A stretch of DNA of 64,000 bases from Cycas panzhihuaensis (GCA_023213395.1 CM041465.1:149179741-149243740); one strand, 5' to 3'. Shown: positions 14,048-28,027, numbered from the stretch's first letter. Numbers and translations are program-made. Notes: generated from the sequence alone by a model not told the origin.

Positions 14048-14345
14048 TGAAAATAGTGGATCTATCCTTCATCTACATGCACTAAACACAAATGCAAACA
14101 TGGGATCAAGAGAGACTTGAGAGAAAGAAAGTAGCTCTTACAAAATGGGGAGGTAAGAATGAGCCTCCTCCATTGAGCTTTTACTTTTATATTGAGAGAG
14201 GGAGCATTAGAGTTAGGTGACATGAAATTACACATAATGCACATGAAAGTGCATTTCACTTAAGTGATCTAATTCAAAGTTCACTTAAGACTCTTTTTAG
14301 AAATAATCAACTAATGTAATGACCTTGTGACATTAACCCTTTTCA
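14048..14345 (-). repeat. 5' LTR of copia A
   Basis: TG...CA ends, next to the PBS and the TSD TAATG. Confidence 0.95.
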
Positions 14346-17004
14346 TAATGTTTAACCCATGCAATATTAAATTGATGTAATTACCTCTTTGATATACATT
14401 AGGGAATCATACTATATATACTTCTTCATGTAATTGGTCATTAGTTGACTAAGTAGCTCTTAGATTGTAATTGGACAAATAAGTAGTGATATTTACTATA
14501 AATATACATTGGTTTGACATAATATAATTAGAAGTAATCATCTCCTATAAGTATATTATATAGTATTTGTACATATTATACTTTTGTTTATTATTCACCT
14601 ACATATCTTTATATTTTTATAGTCTTGTATGATCTTGGAATTGCTTTTAGGTATTTATTTCTAACATTTAATTTATGTATTAACTAAAGAGTAGAGTAGC
14701 TCAAATGATCTATTCATTCATGTCATAGTTTTATTTTAGAGAAGTAGTAATGAATATTCTTTATACTAAAAAGTATCCTTATATTTTATATAAATTATTA
14801 TCTCTAATCCATTTAGTTACAACCTTGATCTATTTATCTCAGACTGTTTACTATCCTTAAGTAAACATTACAATCATATTTTACTATTTAACTTCACCTA
14901 CTAAAACATGATTGGCCTTTAAATTAGATACATACAATGTAATTTTTAAATATTATCTCTCTCTCTTTGGAATCATGAATAGTATATTTATAACTTCCAC
15001 TACCTCTAAATCTATGTCATCTTTGATGATGGATTTCTAATTAACCTCTCACATCTTGTAGAACCATTCTATCCTACCAATCATATGTCTTGATGTACCA
15101 AAATCAATGAACTAGATTTCATGTGCATCAATTCTCATTATATATATAATAACAAAGAGTTTCACTACTATATTAATAAGTTCAATCTTTTCTACATTTA
15201 TAACATGTCTTCTCTACTCAAATGGATTCTATTGTCTCTACTGCTACTACTATTAGGGTTGTCATTATGGCTACTATTGTTAATGGTATTTTCTCTACCA
15301 TTCCCAATAGTAGTTCTTTATATACCCCAACATTCTATAATAAAAACACTTTATCCTATATTATCTCTTTAATCTATTTGACTTCTCCTTTTGAGTATTA
15401 CATTTAGAGGAACTATTCTTCTTTAGAAAGTAAGGATTCTTGCCTTTCAATCTAGATGTTAGTTCTCCATATGATTCTTCATGCAAGTCCTTTAGCTTTA
15501 ACCTATACTTTAAAAGTAATGATTATGATAAAATTACTTTTAATGTAAAAAGTTTATCAGATAGAATCAAAGTGGTTGTGAAATTCTCATATAGAATTAG
15601 TAAACTCTACAAGACATGAGCTATAATCTCTAAATTAGTATGGTCACTCTAATGGTTATCAATTGATCCTAAATAGATTTTACATATTAGATATGATCAA
15701 TCATTGGTCATACTAGCTTCAAACTATATAGTTGACTACTCAACTTCAAGAGTCTCGTATCATCCCTATGGTTGAACAAGTTGGTAATGATATCCTAAAT
15801 CTACTTAAATGTGATGGTGCTTCTATTATTCATAATAAGGCTACTACTAATTGGCAAACTAATAAAACTAAAAGTGATCTATATTTTAGCTTTATATTCA
15901 ACATTTATTTTTGTTATGAAAGCAGTGATTTTAGTGAATGTTTTTCCCATTGCAGAGTTATCAACATCCTTCCATAAATTATTCAAAATTTAAAAACTAT
16001 ACATCTCATATTTCCAAGTACCATAAATGTTAAAACCAACTAGTTTTTCAATCATAGAACCTATTATTCCTCATTAACTAGCTATTGGGTAATATCACAC
16101 ATTAAAACAACTTTAAAGTAACTAAAAACATAAGTAAATTATAAAGGTTATTCAAAATCTTAAGTCTATATATAAGTAGTTAGAGTGTGCCACTTTACTT
16201 CTTTGATATACTCATAAGTAGTTAGAATCAAGTAGAAAATATGTATTTTATGATTTTCTTCATAAAAATATATATAAGTAGTTCATGTAACTACTAAAGA
16301 ATGAAAGACTATAAAAAATAAAGTGGCCTAGTATATTTATTTATAAAAAATAGATATTTAATAATCTAAAAATAGAGTTAGAATTGTAGGCTCCACGTGA
16401 CTGAGGGCCAAAGTGTAAGGGGCTTCTTCACAAACTCTAAACATTATAAATAAAAGTTTAGTATGTAAGAAAACATTAGAAAAATATTAATTAACTTTAT
16501 CCAAAGTTTTAAAAATGTGCATTCCATAAATATGCCCATGAGCGGCATATATGTTTTCTAATCGTTTCACCAAATTAAATGATTTTTCCTCTAGATTCTC
16601 ACTCATATCATTAAATCTAGTTAGCATGGTAGAGAATGCATGCTTTTCCATGTAAATAAATTAATTTTCTAATATTTTCAATTGATTTTCATCTATATTT
16701 TTTTAGTTTTTGGTATCCAATAATGTGTGCTTGTCTATACTGAACTTAGTTAAGGGTTTGAGCTCAATACTGTGTATATGCTTACATCTTAGTTTTCTTT
16801 CTCTATTTATATTAAGATGTTATTTGAGTGATAATCTTCCTTATTGTTCCCTATTGTGGTTCATTCCACAACAGTATTGCCATCTCAATCTTTGGTGACC
16901 ATCATTTAATGTCCTTTGGCCCTTAATAGTAGATGGAATGATTTTGTTTCAACTTCCTTCGAGCTCTTTAATGGATATATATTAATAGTGTCTTAAATTA
17001 TAGT

Positions 17005-19623
17005 TGGTGGAGTGCTAGTTGTGGGAGAGGAGGATGAATAACACAACCTAACAGGTAAACCTAAAAGGAAAGGGGGATCCATATCCTTAAGGGGATAATT
17101 TTATGCATCGTAAGGGGCACTTATGCATCTCATGGACATGAGTGTAGGAATAAAAGATAACTAAATTCTAGAATAAGGGGTAATATATAGGTGTGTGTAG
17201 TATGCCAAAGGGGAAAAAATGGGAAAGAACTTGAAAGAAAGTAAAGAATCACAAACTAATCAAGTAAGTAATGCAGGCAAACACATGAAAAAGTACACAT
17301 GCATAAAAATAGATTAAAGGATGAACTATAAGATAACTAAAGTATAGAGACAAAACTAATCTATTAATCAGTAGATACCCTCAAAAGGACCAAACAACAC
17401 TTAATAAAAAGCACCCTCAAAGTATGATGATGCCATAAGATTGCATGCATCCTAAATGTAGTCACTTATATGTGTTTAACCTAATACAACTAATCCACCT
17501 AAGTTAGATTAACGTATCCTAATATAACTCCTAAATGACCTTTAATGATAGACTTGATCTAAGAAATAAGGAAAGGATGGACTATAGTGAGAGGCTTAAA
17601 GGAGCTATATGCATTTGATCATAGATAAGAAGATGGGGACTCATCTATACTAGCAACCCATCTTATAATGAGTGTAAGGTAGCCTTTTAATACCCATATT
17701 TGACTCCAATGAACCTTAAGCTCTAAAATATGAAAAAGAAGAGGTCACAACTCTTAGTGGGATAAATGAGTCCCATTTGACTATCAACACCCTACATGTG
17801 AGTATGTGGTAAAGATAGGTACCTCCTAACTTACCTATTTTGAATACAAACTAAAGGACTCAATCCACCGATAAAACTACCTCTCTTATGTAGAGATAAA
17901 ACTTAGGTAGAAAGGAAGTGGTTCCCCCTCTTTGATGGAAGAATAATCCGAACCTAGAAAGAACTAAGAAGAAAAATCAACACAACTTAAAAATATAGCT
18001 ATTTTTTTTTTTTTAATTAGATGAGAATAGTATGAAACTAGCCCAACAAAAGTCTTTTGAGCCTACAGATTCAAGGACTCATAACAATTATGAACCTCTA
18101 ATCTATTCTAACCATCACAAAGTACATAATAACAAATAAAAATATAGCATAGTATGACAATGTAACTTCTTTTTCTCTTTTTTCTTAGGTTATTTAAATC
18201 TCTTTTTCTCTGTGAATTAAACTAACTACATGCAAGATTAAGGTAGAAATGAGAACATATGACAAGCCTTTAATCAAATGTTCTCCTTCTTTTCTCTTTC
18301 TAAATGGAACTAGAAACTAAAAATGCACTTTTATGCCTTTTTTCTTTCAAAAATAAAATCTATAAGATGGGGGTTTAAAGCTAAAAACCTAGAGCATCAC
18401 TCTGAATGTCTCTATAAATCTTTTAGAAATGCTAACCCTTATAATTACAATTTTCCAAAGAGCACAAAAATAAGGTTAAAAGCATGCATGTATTCATAAT
18501 TTCCTAGAGAAATCTAGTATCATTTCTACTTGTTGAATTGACCTATAATGAAAATATATTTTATCTATAATATCAAATGCTTGAAAATGAGTTTAAAACA
18601 AAGTTTTTTAAGTCATAGCTTTTGGTGATGCTAGAGAAATTTAGGTAACACTTCAAATGTATAGAAGGCACTATCAATTGGGAGGAAGAATAAGGGAGAA
18701 AGATGGAAACTCCAACTAGTATTTAAAGTCTTGAACCTATATAAAAATAGATTGGAGTGCTCCTCCACCTTTCAAGCTTGTACATGCAATATAACCACTA
18801 AAATTCAACAACTAAAAAGAGAACTACAAGCTAAAATAAAAATAACATTTGAAGCCAACAACAAATTATAGTAATCGATCCTTAGAATTGGTAAAATTAC
18901 CACCACATTGAGAGCTCAATGGATGCTAGTTGACCTTTGTTATCCTTTTAAGGCACTTACAAATAGAAAATAAAGTAAATCATACAAGGCATACAAAGCA
19001 AAAATCCAAGTGATAAAATATAAAATAGTTGAAAAATAAAAAATAAAACAATAATTAGAAATAAAGAAGGAATGCAAACAATATAGGGGGTGTTGTCCCA
19101 ACTTTCAACTAAAGAGGAATGTTTATGGCATATGACTCTAATCAAAGAGGTCTCTAATTTTAATTTGACTCCAATCTCTAAGCCAAAAGTGGAAGCCAAC
19201 AAATAAGTATTAAGGACCAATGGAATTCTATAGAAAATTTGACACTATTTTAGCAATATAATACTCTAAATTTGGGCCTCCCATTTGATGAAATAAGAAA
19301 GGTATATATAGGTATATAAAATGGGAAAGGCCCATGGATTTAGGCCTATAGTTTGATAGAAAACCATGTGCTAAAAATATTGGCCAAGAGTCCATAGTTT
19401 TTGTGTTAATTAATATTAAAGCATTAAATAACCCATTGTTTGGAATGAAACCCATGGGTAAACTATTATTTTAATGAATTTTAGTGCATAGCTTATAGTT
19501 GGGTGCCATAAATATATGACCAACTATGGGCTAAAAGCTTTTGAATATGAGGATATTGATTATGTAAAGTTTACAACCATACCGCAAAGTATGAAATTTC
19601 ACAGTACCATGGTGTCCTTCTCA
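17005..19623 (-). mobile_element. Probable old solo LTR (~2.6 kb, gypsy-type)
   Basis: TG...CA ends with flanks ATAGT and ATATT (TSD with one mismatch). It is non-coding, and its size and degenerate accgc/cagtacc motifs resemble the solo LTR at 41055-43631. Confidence 0.5.
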
Positions 19624-20247
19624 ATATTGCTAAAATCATAGAAGTAGGAATCAAAATAGGATAATAGAAACTAGAATGGGATAAGTAAAAATTAGTGTTA
19701 AATAGACATAAATAACAACATGATGAATGAAAAATACTTCTCAAAATAATAGTTTTGATGATAAAAGCATCTAAAAGAGTGAGATAAGTAGGACAATACT
19801 ACAAATAAAAGAAGAAGGAGGGCAAGAACTATCTATAGACATACTTAAAAGTCATTATATAGTCCATCAAGCTTGGGTGGACAATGTTATTAGCCATTAA
19901 CAATGGCTAGAATTATCATCAACTAAGTACACACACACACACCCATCCACTAAGACAATAAATGAATGTTAGTACATGCTTATAAAAAGCCAAAAATTAA
20001 ACTAAACTAGACTGAAATAAAATATAAAAAAGTATGTACCTTCATTTACTTATTAGTGAGATGATTATGGACTTCCTAGGTCATAAGAAACACAATCTAA
20101 TAGAAATCTCCTAAAGGAGTTAATTGTTTCCTATGATTTTTTTTTTTTAATTTCATCATACATTCTTGAGAATTTCTTTAGTGCTGATGAATGGGGCAAT
20201 AATATTAGCCCAATTAATTCTTTATTCAGATCATCTAAAGTAGTTAG

Positions 20248-23200
20248 TGTTAGATTTTAATATGGAAAGCATTAAACTCCAACAATATCAATGAACAAAG
20301 CAATGCTCGTATTAACATAACACAAACAGTTTATATTAGAATATTAATATATCGTAGACTCAACATGAGTCCCAATAATGACATATTTTCATATACTGCC
20401 TCAACCACCTTCATATACAAAATAGGTAGGAGAACATACAAGAGATGTAATGCATGTGGGACAATTATGTCTAACCTAGCTAATGGCATTACACTAACTA
20501 ACTAACCAATGAGCTTCTATCTTCCCATATAATATTATACTAATAAATGACTCTTAGATCCTAATACTTAGGACTATGACTATTGACCCTAAGACACACT
20601 TCCTTAGATACATATAACATTAAACATTATACTCTAAAACCTCCCCTTAATATTTAATATTGAGATTATAATAACTAAGCATAACTTGACAAGACTAACA
20701 CAAATTAACATAAAACTTGACTTGAGTTTGAACTTCCATTTCTTGAGTCTTGGAATTTTTCTGAAGATGGTGTCATAAGCTTTGTCTTCAATCAAAACAC
20801 TGTAAAACCTATATGTTATATTTGCTATGCTACCTCCTATTTCCTGTTTGATGAATCTTCTTGTGTGTTTCTGGTAAGGGTGTGGTCTTCTTGGATCAAA
20901 TATGATTACATGTGATTTCAACTCCATAAAGCAAGTAGATTCCTCCTTATTTGTCTTCAAATCTATTAGGATGATTGACTTCTTGAGCCAATGATCATCT
21001 CCTTAAAAGGAAAGGAGCAACAATGATCCCTTTCTAAATTTTGCCTATTTGGATGCATGCTTAGAACTAATAAGATACCTTGTCCTCTCCATGTGACCCA
21101 AAAAATTGTTTATACCCAGTATGATGAGGATTCTCATAATGATTATATGCACACATTTCCTGACTATGGCTACATAAAAATGTAATATTACTTTGATATA
21201 ATTGAACCTCATGATTAAGTACCCTATCCAAAGCATACAACTAACTTTATAGATAAGAGTTTGATCATATAGTATTCTACGTATGTTCCTTCTTTCTTTA
21301 AAAGAACCTTCTAGAGTTGTTATAGGATATGTTGTCATAATTTGGATTCTTTCAAAGATGAAAATAGAAGATGCGACTGAGTTAAGAGGAATCATAAATA
21401 GTCTCCAATATCTACATATCAATGTATGTCCTGGCATTATTTTAATCCTAGCTATGAATCTATCAACACAAACTAGGATAATATTGCCCATACTTTCTGT
21501 TAGGATGCATGTATCTCTATGAAGTATTACCTCTAAAGATTGAGGTTTAGATTCTTTAACTTCTAGTCTTTTGTACTTTCTTGTCATCTTGGTGAGGCTC
21601 AAAACATTTGGTGAACCCAAGTCTTTATTAGATTTTAACCTTTCATTCACTTTAGGAATATCTATATGTGAATTGACCTTACCAAAATCAAGTTGATTTT
21701 TAGCTTTCTTTTCCAGCTTCTTCCTTTAGTTCCTTGTCTTTTTGATACTCTTTTTCACTTCTTTAGGACCCTTTTCATGGACTTTTTCTAGCAGATTCTA
21801 GGCATCTTTAGCTGAGTCAATATTTTGAGGAGCTTGGACAAGGAAGTGGTATAAAGGATGAAGGTTCACCTTGTCAAAAGATGCAACCATTGTATCAATA
21901 TCTACCCTATTTTTCTCTCTGAAGGTTGCCTCCCCTTCTTAATTAATTAAAACTCTTCTAAGCACAATGTTCCATAATCTTTTTATTCTAAAAACACATT
22001 CCATTTGGATTTTCCAATTCTAAAAATTGACTGCAACATATTTAGGTAAAACTATGTTGGTGTCTGTTACCCAATGTTCATTCTTTTCTAGCAAAAAGGT
22101 AATGACCTCACTTAACTCCATATTGTGTGACTAAGATAAGCAAGAGAACATTCCCCAAAATTTATTTCTTCATAGATATAATAAGCCAAATATCTCTACC
22201 AAATAATTTATCCTTCTTCCCTTGTTATCAATCAAATTTTGATTGAAATCTCCTTTGCTTACCTTAGACAATTATGAAGTCACAAGGGATGGCAACAAAA
22301 CATCTTCTCATGAGATAATTAATATAGGACATACTACTACTGAGAGTGATAGGTTATGTGAGACACCAAGATTTCCCATAATACATCACAAATCATCTGA
22401 GAGGCTCATACATCAGAAGTAGTCACATTAGATGCTTCTACTTCACATGAAATAGACAAAGTATATCATGTTGTAAGAAATTTGGAGGTTAAAAAACTAC
22501 AAACTAGTAAGACAGATCTCACTATAACTACTATTAAAGAGGCACTCTAAACTATAAAATCATCAAGTAATAATAGTTTTCCAGAAATGCCTACTAATGA
22601 AGCTCTAGTAACTATGACCTGAGTTTTAGCAAGTACAGAATTATTATTATCTACAGCATACAAAATTCCCTGAATAGCTATTTCCATTGGAAGATATTCC
22701 AAGTCTGAGTCTTGGTGAAGAATTTAAATATCTTGAAGTTTAGTAAGGTAGAAATCTATTTCCTTCTCTAGATTATCTATAAAAAGCTTCAATTCTATGA
22801 TCTGTCCATTCATGGATTAAACCTATGCTCAACTTAAACAGTAAAAACATCAAGGAAGAGGGTGATGTGGATATAATTGTCCTTAATAATTAGACTCTCC
22901 TTATCCTATAAAACTCAGACTCAACTAGAAGCCTTTGGAAATTACATCATCATAATGAGAAACATGATTTTGATAGTTATAATAATTGTATATGTGAGGG
23001 CCAACAATCTATCCATTCTGGCAGAACCTCCTTCAAATATCAATCCTAGACAACAAGTTGTATGTTGGTTGAGTGAATGCTTAGATGATAAGATAAATTC
23101 TAGTAAAAGGCAAGTGAATGTTGGAAACACTCCAAACATCAATACACAAATGGTATACAAAATCATAATAGGACCTGAATGGACCTTGAGAAAGTATAAA

Positions 23201-24608
23201 TGAATTGAATGTTCCACCCAAACAAACTAGGGAAAGGAGATGAGCTTCTTTGGTGGAATTAACAATGCCTATAGAAATGGAGCATGGCCCAAATTGCAAA
23301 ATCGATACAAGTCATTCTTATTATCATGCATAAGCATGTCAACTACCCTACTCATAGAGGACATCTAGGGAAACTCAATTATCCTTCATTCTTTGTAGTT
23401 ATTAATTAGACAAAATCTTCCAAACTCTTAATGTTCTTCATAAGAACTGTCATTAATGTAGGCCCTTCTATATTGACTTACAAAGCCAAGGTGATTGCTC
23501 CAAATGACGTGATGGTTGATAGTACCTGAGTCATTATCTTCAACAATAGACAACTTGATCTAAGGTTTCCCTACACCATAATTTGCAATCTACTTTTACT
23601 CAGCCCGAGCCTTATATTATTGGTGATTATATTATGGGTCTAGAAATGAAGCTTGACACACTGGATAAACCTTTGTTAATAATGGAGCATCTAAATCCTC
23701 TATTAGCTAAGAAGGAGAGATGCTTAAATAGAGTAATCTGGGCAATTCACAAACAAAACTTCCTCACAGCAAGCCCAAGTAACAACAATTCTTCTGCCCT
23801 AATGGTCATAAAAGGTAAAGGAGTATTTACCTTTTTCATCCTAATATTTACTTAGAACTGGTGGAAAGCTAGGGTTTCACCAAACCCTAAACCCATTAAT
23901 AAACATAGGCAGGTGGATTTTTATGGATGTTTTATAAAAAACATTGATCTAATGAACATCCTCAAACATCAATTCTTAAAACAACTTTAATGTCATTGAT
24001 TCTCCACACATGTTGGCCTCAATGTCTAAGATAAACAATAACACAATAAAGAAGTGATATTACCTGGCACACATGGCCTTAAACCTTTTCTTTTAATTTG
24101 ATCTCTAGATCTGGTAATTGACTTGATAGATCCACCTCCTTGCTTGAATACTTTATCCTTTATTGGGCTTCTTTCTCAATCTTCTTCTTACTAAAGGATG
24201 GCCTACTCTAATACTATGTTAGATTTTAATATGGAAAGCATTCAACTCCAACAATATCAATGAATAAAGCAATGCTTGTATTAACATAACAAAAATAGAT
24301 TATATTAGAATATTAATGTACCATAAACTCAACATGAGTCCTAATGATGACATGTTTTTGTACACTACCTCAACCACCTTTATATATAAAATAGGTGGGA
24401 GAACATACAAGAGATATAATGCATGTGGGAGAATTACCTCTAACCTAGCCAATGCCATTACACTAACTAACTAACCAATGAGCTTCTATCTTCCCACATA
24501 ATATTATACTAATAAATGAATCTTAGACCCTAATACTTAGGACTATGACTATTAACCCTAAGACACACTTAGTTAGACACATACAACATTAAACACTATA
24601 TTGTAATA
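20248..24608 (-). mobile_element. Non-autonomous copia-type LTR element C with gag but no pol (TR-GAG/LARD-like), nested in the 3' LTR of D
   Basis: LTRs of 392 bp at 20248-20639 and 24217-24608. Perfect TSD GTTAG at 20243-20247 and 24609-24613. Degenerate PBS-Met at 24205-24216 and PPT at 20640-20650. No IN, RT or RH motifs were recognised in the 3.6 kb interior. Confidence 0.9.
21660..22121 (-). pseudogene. Copia gag N-terminal (DUF4219/UBN2-like) remnant in element C
   Basis: Manual translation gives LPKYVAVNF*NWKIQMECVFRIKRLWNIV...IDSAKDA*NLLEKVH. Confidence 0.75.
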
Positions 24609-27369
24609 GTTAGATCTTTCCTCTTTTTTGGACTTCTTGCTTTATCTTCCTTTGTCTTTACCTTATATTTCTTGATATTCAATAAGCCTTTCAAATATAT
24701 TAGTGCTAAACCCATATCCCTTACTTCTTGTCTCTCTTTTCTTTCACTCTCTTATAGTAAGCTTTTATCTCATTTTCTTTTCTTTTCTTTTTTTTATAGT
24801 TTCTCTTTTCCTTTAGAGATATATACATAATTCTAAATAAATATCTTATTCAAAGAGTTATCTTTCTTTGAATATGAAAGTTTTTAAGGATTTTACTTGT
24901 AGATAATATATCAATAGATTCTAGTAGAATTAAAATCTTTTGATAGTGTAAGATTATAAGAAAGTAAAAACATTTATTTTTCCCATCATGGATTCATTTA
25001 TTATCTTCATGGAAACAAGTGATATATACCTTGATGATATAGTGTATTTGAAGTAAACCATAGTTTCTTAATCTCTCATGGACAAGTTGTCTTCATCATA
25101 TATAATAGGTAGGTCCAACTTCAAGATATCCTAGATATCGTTGATCATTTGGGGTGGAAGATTCTTAGTCTTTCATCTTGAACACTTATTTAGGTTATCA
25201 AGAGAGACAAAGAAATATAGGTAAAACACAATATTTAAACATAAGGAGTAGTGCATTAGGTATGAACACTCATCTTTTGGATAATCTTTTTAACAATTCT
25301 TAGGTATAAATAGAAACTTATTACCTTCTAAAACTCAAGGAATTTCTAAGACCATTTATATATGATAATGATATGATTGATAGACTAACTAAAAAAAATG
25401 AAGAAGGAGAGAAACATGTGAATTAAATTCATATACTTGAAGAAATAAATGAAGTGTTGGTGGGATAATTAATAAGGTAAGTAAGAGAAATAATGAGGAT
25501 CTAATTAGAATTAATAAGAATCTACCTTGCCATGATAGGGAAAGATATAAACCTATATACATATATTGAGACTTAGCTCTATGTTCTTCCAATCATGGGA
25601 CATAAGATATGAGAGTGTTCATTCACTGAGACTCACACTTATACCTTGGAAAATTCTCATATTCCTTCATGAGCTTCAGATGTAGGATGCTAAATATGGG
25701 AATGATTTCTTAAAATTTTCTAAGTGTTAATTCATATGACTTTTCACTTTACTCTATTTGGATGATAAGGATCAAAATGATCACTTTGATTTGACGATTA
25801 GGACTTATTCGTTGATTCACATAATCATTTCTAGGCTCTTTACTATGAATGGTTATGATGCTTTTAGTCATCCTAATCTAATGGTTAGAACCATCCAGTT
25901 GTGCTAACTTTTCCCACATCTAATGCTTTATATCATTCTATTTTAGTTTATAACTTATGTTGTACAGGACGTAAGATGCAACTAAATAACTCCACAAGAA
26001 TTTCTAAGATATAAACCTTTTCAACCTTCCCTTATTCCTTGAATTCTCTATTCCTCTTAAGGATCTATTTTAAAGTTTTTTCCTACTATAGAAAAACCTT
26101 TTCTTGGTCCAAAATTACAAGTTTGTTTGACTAATTCTCATTATAGAAAGAAACATATTCTAGTTTCCATTATCACTTGATTGTCTTCATACTGTAAATA
26201 TGATCACTAAGTGAAAATAACAAACATAGTAAGCTTGTTCAAAAAATTTGGTATGTACTTGTCAACGAGTAACATTTGGCCTCCTTGATTCTTATTACCC
26301 CTTATAAGTTATAAGAGTGCAATTATTCTTATATCTAAATATTTATATATGTATATATCTTTGTCTTAGAATCACCCTCCATAAAAGTACTTGAGGACTT
26401 GCCCATTAGATAGAATAGGTAATAATTCACCCAAGAGTTTCTTCAAGCATAAAGCATTTTTATCAATAGCCTTATGAATCACATAAGGATTCAACAATAA
26501 TGAATCAAATTTTTAATGTAAGCCAACCTTCTCATACACTTTATTCAATATTAGTACCTTATCACATTGCTAGAAAATCTTTCTCATGTTACCTCTTCTA
26601 TTAAAAACTTCCTTAACCCTTCCCTGATAGGTTTTAATAAGGTCTAAGTCATCTTATTGCTACTCCTTTAGTGACAACAAGCTTTGAAATCTTAAGTCTA
26701 TTGGAAAAAATCTACCATCCTTGCATTCTATTAACTACAAAGACTTTAATGATAAGTCAAGGAGAATCACAACCTTTTTGCCATAACCTAAATAATATGT
26801 GGAATATACAATTGACTCATTCTTAGTGATTATACCACCCATGAAGTCTAGTCCAACTTGACATGCCAATCCCACTTTAATTCTATTTAATCAATATTTT
26901 TATTATTTTGCTTAAGTTCTTATTAGATGACTTCACTAATCCATTTCCTTGGGGGTAGTAGTTAGTTGGATGAAGTATTAATGATCACACTATACTTTCC
27001 TACAAAATATAACATTTCTAAAGAAGTAAAAGTTAATCCATTACTAGAGATTAAAACAACATGAATACCAAATCAAGGTATTAGAACTTACTCAAAAAAC
27101 TCAATGACTACTATTAAACTTACTTTGTTGGAGGTGATAGCCTTAGTCTAATATATAAAGTAGGTAGTCATAGTGAGTATATATGCATGTCCTTTACTTG
27201 AAGGGGGATTTATTAAACTTATAAAATCTAAACCCTACTTTTGAGTGGATAATTGGTAAAGATAGGTTTGAGGACCATAACTACTAAATGTTACTTACCT
27301 ATAAACCTTTAGCATAGAACATAGTTTCTCACTAGGTTAGAAGTATAATTGAATGATCTTAACCAAAAG

Positions 27370-27711
27370 TATTGGGTGTAATATCCAAGGACATGATTAA
27401 CCCCATTCACACTCTCTCACATATTATTATATTTTATATTGAGTTGTGTGCCATATAAAAATATGTGACAACATACAATGGTTGATCTTTGAGGGTTCTA
27501 ATACATGGTGAGTTGTTGTATAAGTATGTACATTATCATTCTCATAATTTGAAGTTTGAATATTCTTCTAAATTCTTGTTATATTTAACTTATGCATATT
27601 TCATTCTTTTGTTATTCATTTCATTATTCTTTCACGTATCTTATTTATCTATTATTATAGCTTCACATTCTAAATTTAACATGGTATCAAAGCTCCATTC
27701 TAAATCTAACA
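27370..27711 (+). mobile_element. Collapsed copia-type element: 5' LTR (27370-27681), PBS and the last 16 bp of the 3' LTR
   Basis: TSD AAAAG at 27365-27369 and 27712-27716. PBS tggtatcaaagc at 27682-27693. Removing it restores the Tat integrase segment HKIL*ASFFW. Confidence 0.8.
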
Positions 27712-28027
27712 AAAAGAAACTTGCTCATAAGATTTTATGAGTTGTAGCTCATTCCACAAAACGTCCTCCATAGACCCTAGAATGAAACTCTTTTAAACCC
27801 TTAGAAACTTCTTTCCTTCAAAAGCATTTTAATCAAGTTCCCTTAAAGTCTCTTCTATATAATTTCCTTTGAATGAGGACATATGAAGTGGCCCTCAACT
27901 TAAATGTTATTTTACCTTTCCTATACAAATGCTCTAAATAAATCTCATATGTTATATAAAAATAAATGTCATATAACATAGATGAAAAGGAATCATTGTT
28001 ATCATCCAAGACTTAGAAATTGACCAA

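Larger units (their letters stand above)
771..14345 (-). mobile_element. Ty1/copia LTR retrotransposon A, full length and decayed, interrupted by copia B
   Basis: Two 298 bp LTRs (771-1068 and 14048-14345) differ at 22 positions by hand count. The TSD TAATG lies at 766-770 and 14346-14350. A PBS-Met (rc of gctctaatacca, ~14034-14045) and a PPT (rc of ctccccctta, 1071-1080) are present. Domain order on the minus strand is gag-PR-IN-RT-RH. Confidence 0.95.
759..14666 (+). repeat. Probable 3' LTR of an older element (759-770 plus 14351-14666), split by the insertion of A
   Basis: A PPT-like attaagagggaaa (746-758) is followed by TATTAG (degenerate TGTTAG). After removing A, the sequence runs through a TATA-containing LTR-like tract that ends in CTAACA at 14666. 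The partner LTR is outside the window. Confidence 0.55.

Noticed and set aside
15121-15407. Leu/Thr-rich signal-peptide-like ORFs
   Set aside because: They derive from low-complexity (cta/tta)n sequence with no gene structure.
19929-19942. (AC)7 microsatellite
   Set aside because: Short and unremarkable.
24614-26274. Similarity to 35250-36199 plus 52815-53533, first read as a segmental duplication
   Set aside because: A shared ...GTAACA end next to a PPT and flanking gypsy pol show these are the LTRs of D.
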